Shown here one piece after another: positions 13,557 through 25,896 of a DNA stretch of 64,000 bases. The position numbers were made by a program, and so were the translations under genes. The stretch spans positions 79,546,001-79,610,000 of the forward strand of contig OX597818.1 in assembly GCA_951406725.2 (NCBI GenBank), written 5' to 3'. Numbering within the stretch: position 1 is the stretch's first letter; each line of letters starts with the position of its first letter. This DNA is from Octopus vulgaris. Its lineage: Eukaryota. The notes beneath the pieces are model-generated. The model searched no databases, was not told the DNA's origin, and worked only from the letters and a program-made list of their open reading frames with translations.

Positions 13557-14417
13557 TAATAAGAGATAAATATTACTAATAAAATAAAGAGGTACATGTT
13601 AAGGTCGATATGGTCGACACCTTGAAAACTGTGCTACATAATGGCCGTTATCCAATAACTGAAATTAGTAAGCAAATAAAATAATTATAAACATTGTAAA
13701 TTAATAAGGAGAGGCGCTTGAGATCTTACATAAGATAGAGAGGAAATCCTTGAAAGGGAGGCAGAGGTCGTGATGGGTGAGGTAGAGGAAATTGTTGAAG
13801 GTAAAGTAGAGGAGATTGAGACGGGTGTGGTGGAAGAGATCGTTCAGAGTGAGAAGAAAATGGTGGTGGGTGAGAACTAGAGGTGAGAGGGTAAGGATAT
13901 CGTTTTGGAAATATACAGCGATGTGTAATGTTACAAACACTCTCATACGTTACATGACAGCAAGTAGGAGAAGCTGGCATTATCTTCGCAAAAACCCGAT
14001 ATAGGAAGCTTTCTAAATGGTTTCTCTCTTTTCATATTATTTTATGGATTAGCACTAATGCACAAAACAACAACTGGTTGCTGATAAAACGTATATTATT
14101 ACATCTGTAATACATGTACACATATTTTAACGTACATACACAAATACGCATACGTATTCACATACAAACATACATACATATATGCATACATACATACATA
14201 TGCATATATATACATTTATATAAACGTACTTTTCGATATGTACATTTCATTCAATATATATATATATATATATATATAGCTGTAGGCATGTATGTATGTA
14301 TGTATGTATGTATGTATGTATGTATGTATGTATGTATGTATGTATCTATGTATGTATGTACGTACGTGCGTATGTAAATATGTATATGTGCGCATGTATA
14401 CATGCATATCTATATAT

Positions 14418-14963
<546 letters not shown>

Positions 14964-15085
14964 ATTATATATGTATATATATGCATATATATATATACAT
15001 ATTTATACATACATGTATTTATATATATTCACATGTATAACGTATTATATAATAGTTGATAAACATATTTATGCATATATGTATA

Positions 15086-15145
<60 letters not shown>

Positions 15146-15867
15146 TATTGTACACATATATATATATATATGTATATATATATATGAATATATATACATT
15201 CATATATGAATTTATGTATATATGTATGTATATATATATATATATATACCTCACATGCCTCAGATAGATTACAAGCTACGCTCCATGACATGGTTAGCAT
15301 AGAAGTTCCGTTTTATTAACGTATATTATTGTTGAAGCTGGCTTCGGTTGCACATTGAAGGAAAGAATTGTTGTCTGGAGAGTCATATCTGGATAATTGT
15401 TGTTTATTTATAACAATGTTTGTTTTCGTTGTGGGAAGTTACAACTAGTCAGCTTCCAAATGTATTTATATATAAACTATATAGAAATAACGTCGGATTC
15501 GTATCTACTTAAAATGGCGGAGGCGAATAAGGCAAAATAGTTTCTTGTATCACTGGAATTACTTGTCTAAGATTCGTTGTTTTTGTTGTTGTTATTGCTA
15601 TTGTTATTTTTGTTTTTGTTGCGGTTGCTTAGAAGCTAGGTTCACGTTACTTTAATCAAGTAAACCTATATACAAACATTTTTGCCTTCGACGAACATCT
15701 CAAAAATACCTTCTCTTTTATTCGTTTATTTTTTCTTTTTCAGATTCGACTACGTTATCCGACGTGACCATAAAGTTTTAAAACGGTGTTGTATTTTAAA
15801 GACTTAGCTGCTATTTCTAAAAGTTCATGAAATTTTCTAGAGACATTCAGCTCACTCGTATATATTC

Positions 15868-16190
15868 TAAGGGCGTATGGCTTGGTGGTTAGAGTGTTGC
15901 ACTCACGATCGCGAGATTGTTGTTTCAATTCCTAGATCAGATATTCCGTTGTATTCTTGAGCAATACACTTTATCTCATGTTGCTCTGCCACCACTTCGA
16001 CGTGCAACGTCTATTTGATGTACAGCACATACATTTAATCACTATAAACAAATCATTTGTGCAAGTCGTTCAGCAAAGGCTGAATATTCATACGTTGTCT
16101 TCATGTCCGGTAAGGTCACCGTCAGCAATTTACCGCATAGAAAGTTCATCGTATGGAACGTTCACTGCAATGTATTTAATCAATGGATAG
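15868..16190 (+). mobile_element. tRNA-derived SINE (family C-like)
   Basis: GGCGTATGGCTTGGTGGTTAGAGTGTTGCACTCACGATC..GTTTCAATTCC..CTTGAGCAATACACTT. Confidence 0.6.
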
Positions 16191-16359
16191 GAAACTTCTC
16201 ATTAAATCAAGATAAAAAATAACCTTATCAAAAATTCATTCCAAAATTAAACGGGTTTGATCAGTCAACTTAATGAACAAAATTTAAAAGATTAATGAGT
16301 TTAATCAAATAAGTAAACCATATTTCTAATGAATGACGTTATGTTCTATTCCATGCTAG

Positions 16360-16830
16360 GCCGTCAATCGAGTTATACGGAGATGTTTTGAAGCGTTTGA
16401 AGGACATTCGGCGAAAACGACCGGATCTGTGGAACGCGAAGAATCGGATTCTTCACAACAATGCACCACGTCACCGAGATCTCCTCACTCGTGAGTTTCT
16501 TACCAAAAGCATCATGCTATCCCTCCTGCACCCAGCCTATTCGTCAAATTTAGCACTTGCCGACATTCACTCCTAAGATGAACATGCAGCTCAAAGGTCG
16601 CCGTTTTAACTTCGTTGTCGAGATCCAGAGCGAATTGCTGAAGGTCCGTGACTCGCTTACTGAAAACGGCTTCCAGGCTGAATTCCAAAAGAGGCAGGAA
16701 CGCTGGGACGGGTGTATTGCTGCGCAAAGTTACTATTTCGAAGGATATTATGTTAGAACTTAGCTAAATAAGTTATTTTTTCATCAAACATAACATAACT
16801 AGTCCTGGAACTTTTTGGATACCACCTCAT
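16360..16830 (+). pseudogene. Mariner transposase 3' remnant with right TIR
   Basis: RRKRPDLW..ILHNNAPRH..HPAYSSNLALAD; FQKRQERWDGCIAAQSYYFEG; terminal CTTTTTGGATACCACCTC. Confidence 0.75.
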
Positions 16831-17220
16831 TCATTCATACACATATACCTACATACTTACATACATACATACGTACGTATGTACATGCATACATAGCAAT
16901 TTATATATACATATATACATGCACACGCGCCTACGTACATATATGTGTATCTATGTAAAAATAGTGTTCTTAAAAAGTTAATTAAGCTAATATTTTCTAA
17001 ATCTAAATATTTTATTTCAAATTTTATCCTTAGCTGCAATATTTTAAGTTTTCTGGTTCTTTACTTTACCAGATGTAATAAGTTGTTCTGAACTCTTCCG
17101 GGTGTAATAACTTATCCTGTAATTTTCCATCTTAAGAATATTCTCTTGCTCGCATTTTTCCATGTAATAACAATATTTTTCATCATATTTGATGTTGACA
17201 TTCGTTTTGCTTTTTTTTTT

Positions 17221-17706
17221 ACTTCTATCATTAGCGATATAGGTACTGATGTAGTACTCTTGTATATATGTGTATATATTTAATATTGTATGCATATATT
17301 TTATTAATTTGCCAGTACGGTTACCACTTGTGATGGTATTCGCTTACCACTTGTGATGCTATTTTAATAATACCATCCCTATATTTATTTATAAATAATT
17401 TAACACATTCCGTTTGTTACTACAGTGCTTGGTCACTTTTGCAGGCATGATGGGGGAGATTGTTACTAGTAATTTAGCTGGCGGACTTTGGCTGATGAGA
17501 AATCAGGCACCTATTTGGCGCTAAATTTCGAAACCGGTACCAGGTTGACCAGCATTTACTTGTTCTGACCCATTTGATGTAAGAAATTACTATTATTCAC
17601 TGATATTTTTTCCTATCTTGTCTGTAATAGATTTGTGACTATTCGGTGGTACAGAAGTATTTTTTGACTTCTATCATTAGCGATATAGGTACTCATGTAG
17701 TACCCT

Positions 17707-17712
<6 letters not shown>
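17221..17712 (+). mobile_element. Non-coding retrozyme-like element, 446-nt period with ~46-bp terminal direct repeat
   Basis: ACTTCTATCATTAGCGATATAGGTACT(G/C)ATGTAGTAC(T/C)CTTGTA at 17221 and 17667, enclosing an intact HHR. Confidence 0.65.
17487..17544 (+). ncRNA. Minimal type-I hammerhead ribozyme, intact core
   Basis: TTTGG-CTGATGA-GAAAT..hairpin..ATTTC-GAAAC-CG-GTA|CCAGG; palindromic ACCGGT stem III; GUA cleavage after 17539. Confidence 0.8.
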
Positions 17713-17743
<31 letters not shown>

Positions 17744-17746
<3 letters not shown>

Positions 17747-18407
17747 GGTTGTATACTGTCAATCTAACAAGAACGTGACAGTAGGGGGTACACCACCGCT
17801 GTATAGCCCTAGGAAGCATCGAACGCCTCCTGATAGCTTTGACACATTTTTTCCCTGTGTCCTTATATACATATACGAAGGGGAGACAAATTATTGAATT
17901 TCTAAATCTCTCGTAGAGACATGTACGGTGGTGGGGCGATAGAATGGTTGTATACTGTCAATCTAACAAGATTGACAGTTACAACCATTCTATCGCCCCA
18001 CCACCGTACATGTCTCTACGAGAGATTTAGAAATTCAATATTTCTTATTTTGATAGTCAGTGAATAAACTTCACTGAATATAGATATATACAATTACGAA
18101 GTCGAGGCAAATATCACCAGCTGACCGGTGTCTGCTACTCTAGGCCGATGAAGGACAACGATCCTGAAACACGGTGTCCCTAGATGCAGTTCCGGCAGCC
18201 GGGGGTGTTTGTCTCCCCTTCGTATATATATATAAGGACACAGGGAAAAATGTGTCAAAGCTATCAGGAGGCGTTCGATGCTTCCTAAGGCTATACAGCG
18301 GTGGTGTACCCCCTACTGTCACGTTCTTGTTAGATTGACAGTATACAACCATTCTATCGCCCCACCACCGTACATGTCTCTACGAGAGATTTAGAAATTC
18401 AATATTT

Positions 18408-18410
<3 letters not shown>
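17744..18410 (+). mobile_element. HHR-bearing element: 364-nt period direct repeat plus two 5' inverted segments (PLE pLTR/retrozyme architecture)
   Basis: 17969-18048 is repeated at ~18332-18410; 17744-17890 = revcomp of ~18207-18353; 17893-17970 = revcomp of ~18325-18402. Confidence 0.7.
18139..18184 (+). ncRNA. Type-I hammerhead ribozyme (CCGATGA core variant)
   Basis: TCTAGG-CCGATGA-AGGA caacga TCCT-GAAACA cgg TGTC|CCTAGA; perfect 6-bp stem I, GUC triplet. Confidence 0.7.
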
Positions 18411-18444
<34 letters not shown>

Positions 18445-18525
18445 CTTCATACATAACTAGACATGTTTCTACTGCATCGATTTGTTACCCTTGCAACTGC
18501 AACCTTACTATAATACCGGTGGTGC

Positions 18526-19030
18526 AGGCGCAATGGCACAGTGGTTAGGGCAGTGGACTCGCGGTCGTAGGATCGCGGTTTCGATTCTCAGACCGAGCAT
18601 TGTGAGTGTTTATTGAGCGAAGCACCTAAAGCTCCAAGGGGCTCCGGCAAGGGTGGTGGTGAACCCTGCTATAGTCTTTCATCACAACTTTCTCTCACTT
18701 TTTCTTCCTGTTTCTGTTGTACCTGTATTTCAAAGGGCCAGCCTTTTATTATTTTGTGTCACGCTGAATCTCCCCTAGAAGTACGTTAAGGATACACGTG
18801 TCTGTGGAGTGCTCAACTATCTGCACGTTAATAAATGAGCTACGACGTCACTAGTGCCAAGCTGTATCGGCCTTTACCTTTCCCTTGGATAACATCGGTG
18901 GCGTGGAGAAGGGAGGCTGGTATGCATGGGCGACTGCTGGTCTTCCATAAACAACCTTGCCCAGACTTGTGCCTGGGAGGATAACTTTGTAGGTGCAATC
19001 CCATGGTCATTCATGACCGAAGGGGGTCAC
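18526..19030 (+). mobile_element. tRNA-derived SINE family C
   Basis: GGCGCAATGGCACAGTGGTTAGGGCAGTGGACTCGCGGTCGTAGGATCGCGGTTTCGATTC head; body shared with 21605. Confidence 0.75.
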
Positions 19031-19121
19031 ATCAATAATACCAATGCAGTTTCTTCAGGGATATATACATGGATATATACTTACACAAAAGCACACAGAC
19101 ATGATATACATACATGCATAC

Positions 19122-19169
<48 letters not shown>

Positions 19170-19327
19170 TTGTGTGTGCGTGTGTGAGTGTGTCTGTGTG
19201 TGTATGTATGTATATATATATTCATATATATCTACACGACGGGCTTCTTTCAGTTTCCGTGTAACAAATATGTATGAATTTATGTATGCATGTAGTATGT
19301 TTATATGTATGTATGCATACCTGTATT

Positions 19328-19365
<38 letters not shown>

Positions 19366-19581
19366 TATTTATATATGTATGCCATAATTTGTTTATGTGT
19401 TTATGTGTAAGTATATTTCCATGTGTGTCTTTTTATTTGCATTTGGCTCACAACAACCGCTTAACAACCGGTGCTGGTTTGTTTACGTCCCGTAACACAC
19501 ACACACACACACACACACGCATATATATATATATACATATATATTTATATATATATATGTATATGTATGTATGTATGTATG

Positions 19582-19611
<30 letters not shown>

Positions 19612-19615
<4 letters not shown>

Positions 19616-20070
19616 AGTGTGTTTGTCCCCGCCATCGCTTGACAATCGATGCTAGTCTGTTTACGTCCCCGTAGCCTAGCGCTTCGGCAAAGGAGGCTGA
19701 TAGTATAAATACTAGTCTTACAACGAATAAGACCTGGGGTCGATTCCTTCGACTATAATCCTTTAAGGCGGTGCTCCACCATGGCCGCAATCAAATGACT
19801 GGAACAAATAAAAGAATTAAAGATTAAATAATATCTATCTGTGCGTCTTTGTTTCTGTGCTTGTTCCCCACCACCGCTTGACAAGCAGTGTCGTTGTGTC
19901 ATTACGTTCCCGTAATGTAGAAGTTCGGCCAAATGTGAACGATAGAATAAGCACCAGGCTTAAAAGATAAGTCCTGGGCTCGATTAGTTCGACTAAAACC
20001 CTTCAAGGCAGTGCCCCAGCATGGCCGCAATCAAATGACTGAAGCAAGTAAAAGATAAAAGATAAAGATA
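19612..20070 (+). mobile_element. Two tandem SINE family A 3' halves
   Basis: CGCTTGACAA..CATGGCCGCAATCAAATGACT occurs twice. Confidence 0.7.
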
Positions 20071-20235
20071 CCCGTTCAATATTATATTCTATAATTAGTT
20101 CTGATTCCACTTAGATTGAATCATCTACGTTCACCAACCGTTGGAGTTATCCAAATGCTACATCTCAATATATATGTGTCTATGTGTGTATTTTTCTCTT
20201 TATTTTTCTTGCTCAAATTACCAGATATTTCTCTC

Positions 20236-20445
20236 TATCTTTTACTTGTTCCAGTCATTAGACTGTGGCCATGCTTATGCGCCGTCCTGAACGGTTTAAT
20301 CGCTCGGATCGCCACGCATCCCACTAATACTTAGTGCTTAAACCTGTTACTTATTCTCTCAGTCGCTTTTGCTTAACTACTAAGTTACGGGCACTTAAAC
20401 AAACCAACACCAGTTGTCAAACAGTGATGGAGAATAAACACAGAC
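20236..20445 (-). mobile_element. SINE family A 3' half, inverted
   Basis: TTTACTTGTTCCAGTCATTAGACTGTGGCCATGC..CAGTTGTCAA. Confidence 0.65.
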
Positions 20446-20468
20446 GCAGCACATACCTACACAAACAG

Positions 20469-20532
<64 letters not shown>

Positions 20533-20825
20533 GCGCACGTATATTTATATATACGTGTGTGTGAATAGAGCGATCGACAGACAGACAGATTTAACACTTT
20601 ATTTGATACCAAAATCCTGTCAACGGGGATTTCAGTCGTATGCATCTATGTGTTTGTGTGTAGGTATGTTACCTTCTTAATGCTTGAAATTCCTTGAGAC
20701 ACGGAATGTATTTGAATTTGAAGAGTTAAGGATGATTCCGCAAATGTAATGTTTGAGAAAAACCAATGTAGCAGGTCATGGGATGACAAAGGGAATTAAT
20801 TTGAAAATTTAGCTATATATTTTCA

Positions 20826-21202
20826 CTAGCAGTATCACCTGGCGTTGCTCAGATTTGTTTCGACCCTTTAGAATTGGAATTTTTGAAAAGTAAAAATTTT
20901 GCATTATGTTCTTTAAGTGAACATTTTTCTGGTTGAAATACACCGAAAAATGGCGACACAGCAGTCAAAAAATCGTAAAAGATAGGGATTTTCATAGAAA
21001 AAAAGCACCTTTTTTTATGTAAATAATATTTGGTGTTAACATGGTCCGATTTGAATTTTTCTTCTACGGAAGGAAGAGCATGCCTTCTTCTATCATACTC
21101 TCAACTTTGGTCAACTTGCGCAGCAGAGTCTCAGAGATAGCGTTAGTTGAAGGCTACCAATCCTGCCATACACAGACAACTTCAGCTTTATATATAGAGA
21201 GA
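20826..21202 (-). mobile_element. Non-autonomous Helitron
   Basis: Minus strand begins TC(TCTCTATATATAAAG), ends with hairpin CTGAGCAACGCCAG..CTAG; inserted between A and T with no TSD. Confidence 0.8.
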
Positions 21203-21565
21203 TTAAGTTTGTCCATGCAGTGTATAAATCCTTTCTAGTTGACTAAATACCATTCAATGTCTTCACAATCGACATAGTTGAAAGTGAAATGTAGATTTCT
21301 TTACGTATCTACTATCCAACATGAATTCCAGCGCACGGTCAGATTGAATTCCACGTAACAACATCAATTGCAAACATTTTGGCGATGTTTCTGTTCTGAA
21401 CTGACTCCAGTCTCTAATTATTTATATTCTTGGCGACAAGAATGTTTTTTCCATTCCTCTGATGTTCTGTAAAACCGCATGTGGTATGATTATACAATCG
21501 CTCTTGCAATGTATGCATACATATATGTGTGTGTATGTGAGTGTGTGTGTGTGTGTGTGTGTATG

Positions 21566-21597
<32 letters not shown>

Positions 21598-21604
21598 GGT
21601 GTAT

Positions 21605-21900
21605 GGAGGCGCAATGGCCCAGTGGCCAGGGAGGCGGATTCGCGGTTTCAATTCCTAGACCGGTTGGTGTGTGTGTTTATTGAGCGAAAACACCTAAAGC
21701 TCCACGGGGCTCTGGCAGGGGGTGGTGGCTATCCCTGTTGTACCCTTTCGTCCCAACATTCTCTCACTCTCTCTTCCTGTTTCATGATTAACGCCGCGAT
21801 GGACTGGCGTCCCGTCCAGCTGGGGGGAACACATACGCCACAGAAACCGGGAAACCGGGCCCCTGAGCCTGGCTAAGCTTGAAAAGTGCGCATAAATAAT
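21605..21900 (+). mobile_element. SINE family C variant
   Basis: GGAGGCGCAATGGCCCAGTGG head; GATGGACTGGCGTCCCGTCCAG motif; (AAT)n tail. Confidence 0.7.
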
Positions 21901-21917
21901 AAATATATATATATACA

Positions 21918-22686
21918 TAACTAATGAAGGCTAAAATTTTTTTCGGGAAAAAAATTTTATCAATGGCCAGCATATCAAAAAATACCTTTAAAGGTTATAT
22001 TTATAAATAATTTACAAGATAAGGACAAAAGAAAAATTCTAATGCCAGATATGCCGAAAAAAAGACAAAAATTGTCAATAACCATTATAATTTATGCGTC
22101 TCGAACAAACCGATAGAAATTTCTAAAAAATCCGTTATTACCGTATTGGTCCAATTTCGGGGTTAATTCATAAGAATTTTCCCCTCTTCAGCGATAAATA
22201 CGAGGGATATAAGTGAAATACTTACCCATACCCATGGAAAAAGCATGCACTAAGTCCAGAGCAGACCTAAGTACCCCAAATATATCCAAAATAGAAAATC
22301 TTCGGCACATCTCGAGAAACGTGTGATTCGAACTAGAAACTTTCACAGAGTGAGAGAATCCGGAAGTGAACACTATTCAATTTATAACTAATGAAGGATA
22401 AAATTTTTTTCGGGAAAAAATTTTTATCAATGGCCAGCATATCAAAAAAATACCTTTAAAGGTTAAATTTATAAATAATTTACAAGATAAGGGCAAAAGA
22501 AAAATTCTAATGCCAAATATGCCGAAAAAAAGACAAAAATTGTCAATAACCATTATAATTTATGCGTCTCGAAACAAACTGATAGAAATTTCTAAAAAAT
22601 CCGTTATTACCGTATTGACAATTTTTGTCTTTTTTTTCGGCATATTTGGCATTAGAATTTTTCTTTTGCCCTTATCTTGTAAATTA
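21918..22686 (-). mobile_element. Retrozyme-like element: 1.5 copies of a ~469-nt monomer plus a 74-bp inversion
   Basis: 21918-22148 is repeated at 22385-22617; 22613-22686 = revcomp of 22475-22548; contains an HHR. Confidence 0.75.
22138..22197 (-). ncRNA. Type-I hammerhead ribozyme, intact core
   Basis: Minus strand: TTATCG-CTGAAGA-GGGG aaAATTCttatGAATTaa CCCC-GAAA-TTGG a CCAA-TA|CGGTAA; AUA triplet, cleavage between 22144 and 22143. Confidence 0.8.
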
Positions 22687-22730
22687 TATATATACATATA
22701 TATGCAAATAGATAGATAGATATAAGTATA

Positions 22731-22829
<99 letters not shown>

Positions 22830-23259
22830 TCGCTCCCATTAGTATATAAATGTATTTGTATACGAAACGTCGTAACTTTTAGTGTTGGCTCTGAATTCGA
22901 TGGAAAATCTGTCGAGATAAACTTTAAAATGGGATCATCGCACCGCTAACTCGAAAGTAAGGAACAACATTGACTTGTAAATCTTTAATATAATTGGTAG
23001 TATAATATGGTTACGAAGCGAAACACTGTGCTTCCTAGCATTTAATAATTGCGTACCATCTGCCAGGAAACTTATCTTATGAATAAGTACTTCAATATAT
23101 TTTCAGCTAACGTTTAATCCGAAAGCATTTAGTGAAAAGTTATTTTTTTCTATTTTGATGTCTGAATATATGGATCAAAATTATTTTCCCCCTTATGCTA
23201 AAATTACTCAAAAAATATTTATGCATATAACAAATTTGCTGTGAGGTAAGAAACTTTCG

Positions 23260-24710
23260 TTGTCAGTGTTGTGCGTACCACGCGAGTTTGAAGCTGGTGA
23301 AATTGTGGTTAAAAAAGAAGCTCAACTGTAAGGTAAGATTTTTGTATTTTTGGTCCAGTGGAGGTTTGTTGTTTTCCGTAATAATTTTTTTACAAACAAG
23401 AAATCCTTACTGGATTCTGAATTCTTATCTGCCTGCAGTTGAATGAATAGTTTTTCTCACTTAATTGGGAGAATTGTTCGAGCGTATCTCGCTTCCAAAA
23501 GTTTGTTCACTTTTAGTGAATAGTTTTTTTCAAAAATTGTGAGAATTTAGAAGTTACAGCAATTTTTACCAATTTTTGTGACAGCTGTTTTCCAAGTTGT
23601 GGCGTTCCGGGTTCAAACTGGAGTACCAAGTGGACCTGGATTACCTAGTTGCCAGAAGATTTTTTGCTTGCTGTGTTTTTTTTAACTGTAGACTGTTTCC
23701 TTTTCTACTTCGATCTTTTATTTGTGACTTTCTTTTTATGGATCTGTTTTCTTTTTTTTCTTTTGTTGAGACTTTCTTTTTCTTCCTTCTTTTTTTGAAT
23801 TTTTATCGTGAACTGTGTTTGAAATTTGTGTTTAAAAAAACATGGCAAAGAACAAAGACAATGTTTTGGAGTGGGAAATTGTCCCACCCAAACAGTGGTT
23901 GAAAGGCTGTGAAGAGAGGACGGTAGTGTCGCTCGGCACCATCGCTCTATTTCAAAAGAATGTTATCGAAAGGGAGTTGGCAGAATATCTACCAACTATT
24001 AAATTCATCTCCAGCGGGGTCAAATATACAACGGTGTGGTTGCTATTTGACACCCCTGCGGAGGCTCTCAAATTTGCGAGCCAGCCCTTGTAGGGTAGAG
24101 AGATTTTGTTTCTTCCCACGTATTGTGAGAGGAAGTTTACGAGGGCTTGGATCTGTGGGTTGCAACCCGGAATAGAATCCGAGTGGATAGAGGACATTAT
24201 CCGCCGGGATCTGAGTGACAGTGTAGCTAAGCTCCTGAATGTAAAAATTTTACCTGCGGTTGATTGGGTGGGGTCAAAAGCGGTTTTGAACCTGTGGACC
24301 CAATCAGTCAAAAATCTGATATTTCTAGATTTTTTGAAAATGGCCGGGTGCAGGTACCCGGTGATTCTTCAAGGTCACCCCTACCAGATGTCATCGGTGC
24401 CTGGAACCTGGCTATATAAAGAAAAACTGTCCCCAGAAACAAAGTAAGGTCCTGGAGCAGTTGGTTGAGACCTCTGTAGAAGAGGGAACGAAGGTGGTCG
24501 AGAAGGCGGAGAACTCCTCAAAGAAGAGCCGCAAGAGGAAGAAAGAGAGCAATAATGGGTGCTCACCGAAGGATCCTAGGGATCAGGGAGGGGAGGCGAA
24601 TCTACCGGTCACTAAGGAGACGCCCACCTTCTGTTGAGAAGAAAATAAGAGGAAGGAAAACGGGACATTGTCGCCAGTCGGTGACATAGTACCGGAATGC
24701 TCGAGCAATT
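23260..24710 (+). mobile_element. Non-LTR retroelement remnant: 5'UTR plus ORF1 (RRM-like region and zinc knuckle), L1/Tx1-like
   Basis: 23842-24440 reads IERELAEYLPTIKFISSGVKYTTVWLLFDTPAEALKFASQPL..FLPTYCERKFTRAWICGL.. and, frameshifted, CHRCLEPGYIKKNCP; paralog at 36805-38685. Confidence 0.6.
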
Positions 24711-24801
24711 ATTCGTTTCAATTGATTGAAACGAATAAAAGAATGAAAGAATATATGCATATTATTATTATTACTGTTGTTATTGTTGTTATCATTATTA
24801 T

Positions 24802-24970
24802 TAGCGGCATTTCGTCTGTTTTTCCTTTCTGAGTTCAAATTCCGCCGAGGTCGAATTTGCCTTTCATCCCTTCGAAGTCGATAAATTAAGTACCAATTGA
24901 GTACTGGAGTCGATGGAATCGACTCATCCCTTCCCGCAAACATTGCTACCCTTTTTACAAAATTCGAAAC

Positions 24971-24972
<2 letters not shown>
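24802..24972 (+). mobile_element. SINE family B fragment embedded in (TTA)n
   Basis: TAGCGGCATTTCGTC..GAGTTCAAATTCCGCCGAGGTCG. Confidence 0.7.
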
Positions 24973-25022
<50 letters not shown>

Positions 25023-25084
25023 GTTATTATTATTGTTATTATTATTGTTATTATTATTATTGTTGTTGTTGTTATTATTATTGT

Positions 25085-25485
25085 CTTTGCACGGTTTCTA
25101 TTGCTGGAGATGTACCACGGTGCCAGCTCTTTACTACCAGTAAACTAAGCAACATCCCTTATTTTTCGAGCACCATCCGGAGTATTCGAGCGGTTCCACT
25201 TGCTGTTTTCTGCAAGTGCTCCACCCTTGTTGCAGCCCCTATTTGTTCCATGTACTTCTCAAGATTTTTGCTCACTGTTCCCAGGGCTCTGAAAATTATT
25301 GGTAATGCTACCACCTTTTTTATCGGACACAACTGCTTAACGTCCCAAGCTAATCTGTCATATCTATCGACTTTTCTTTGTTCCTTATCGCATACTTTGT
25401 TGTCAGCCGGGCATACTATATCTATGATCTATCATCGTTTGTTTTCTTTCCCAATTAACACTATGTCTGGCTTCCTATTCTCTAT
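25085..25485 (-). pseudogene. R4/Dong-like LINE 3' end (restriction-like endonuclease)
   Basis: RKPDIVLIGKENKR*IIDIVCPADNKVCDKEQRKVDRYDRLAWDVKQL..PIIFRALGTV..LQKTASGTARILRMVL; flanked by (TAA)n. Confidence 0.75.
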
Positions 25486-25556
25486 CTTCTTCTTATTATT
25501 ATTATCATTATTTTTGTTGTTATTATTGCAGTTGTTGTTGTTGTTGTTGTTGTTGT

Positions 25557-25880
25557 TATTGCCTCCGCCTTAGTGCAGGCGGAGGTATTGTTTACAAACG
25601 TGTTTGTTCGTTTGTTTGTCCGTGGACGAGATATCTCAAGAACCACTGGATGGATTCAAATGTTTGGTCTCGTCACTGGCACGAACTGATTAGATTTTGG
25701 AATCAATCCGGTACCGGGCAAGGATTCTGGATTATTTTTCCAGTTTTTTACTTAATTTTTGGGAGCGGTCGGGTTCACTTTTAAGATTCTTGCTTGTAAA
25801 AGCAGTCGAATTTATTTCAGCCATTCTCATTTTTAAAATCCTCTCTGGCTAATCGTTGAGAGGACGTTGATGTTGCCTTG
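25557..25880 (+). mobile_element. Helentron-associated (HINE/DINE-1-like) element
   Basis: TATTGCCTCCGCC tta gtgca GGCGGAGG subterminal inverted repeat, (GTTT)n, GATATCTCAAGAACCACTGGATGGATT. Confidence 0.6.
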
Positions 25881-25896
25881 TTATTATTATTATAAT

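Noticed and set aside
18526-18600. tRNA-like sequences (also 1714, 7800, 15870, 21605, 43115)
   Set aside because: A/B boxes run directly into repeated SINE bodies; no complete cloverleaf or poly-T terminator
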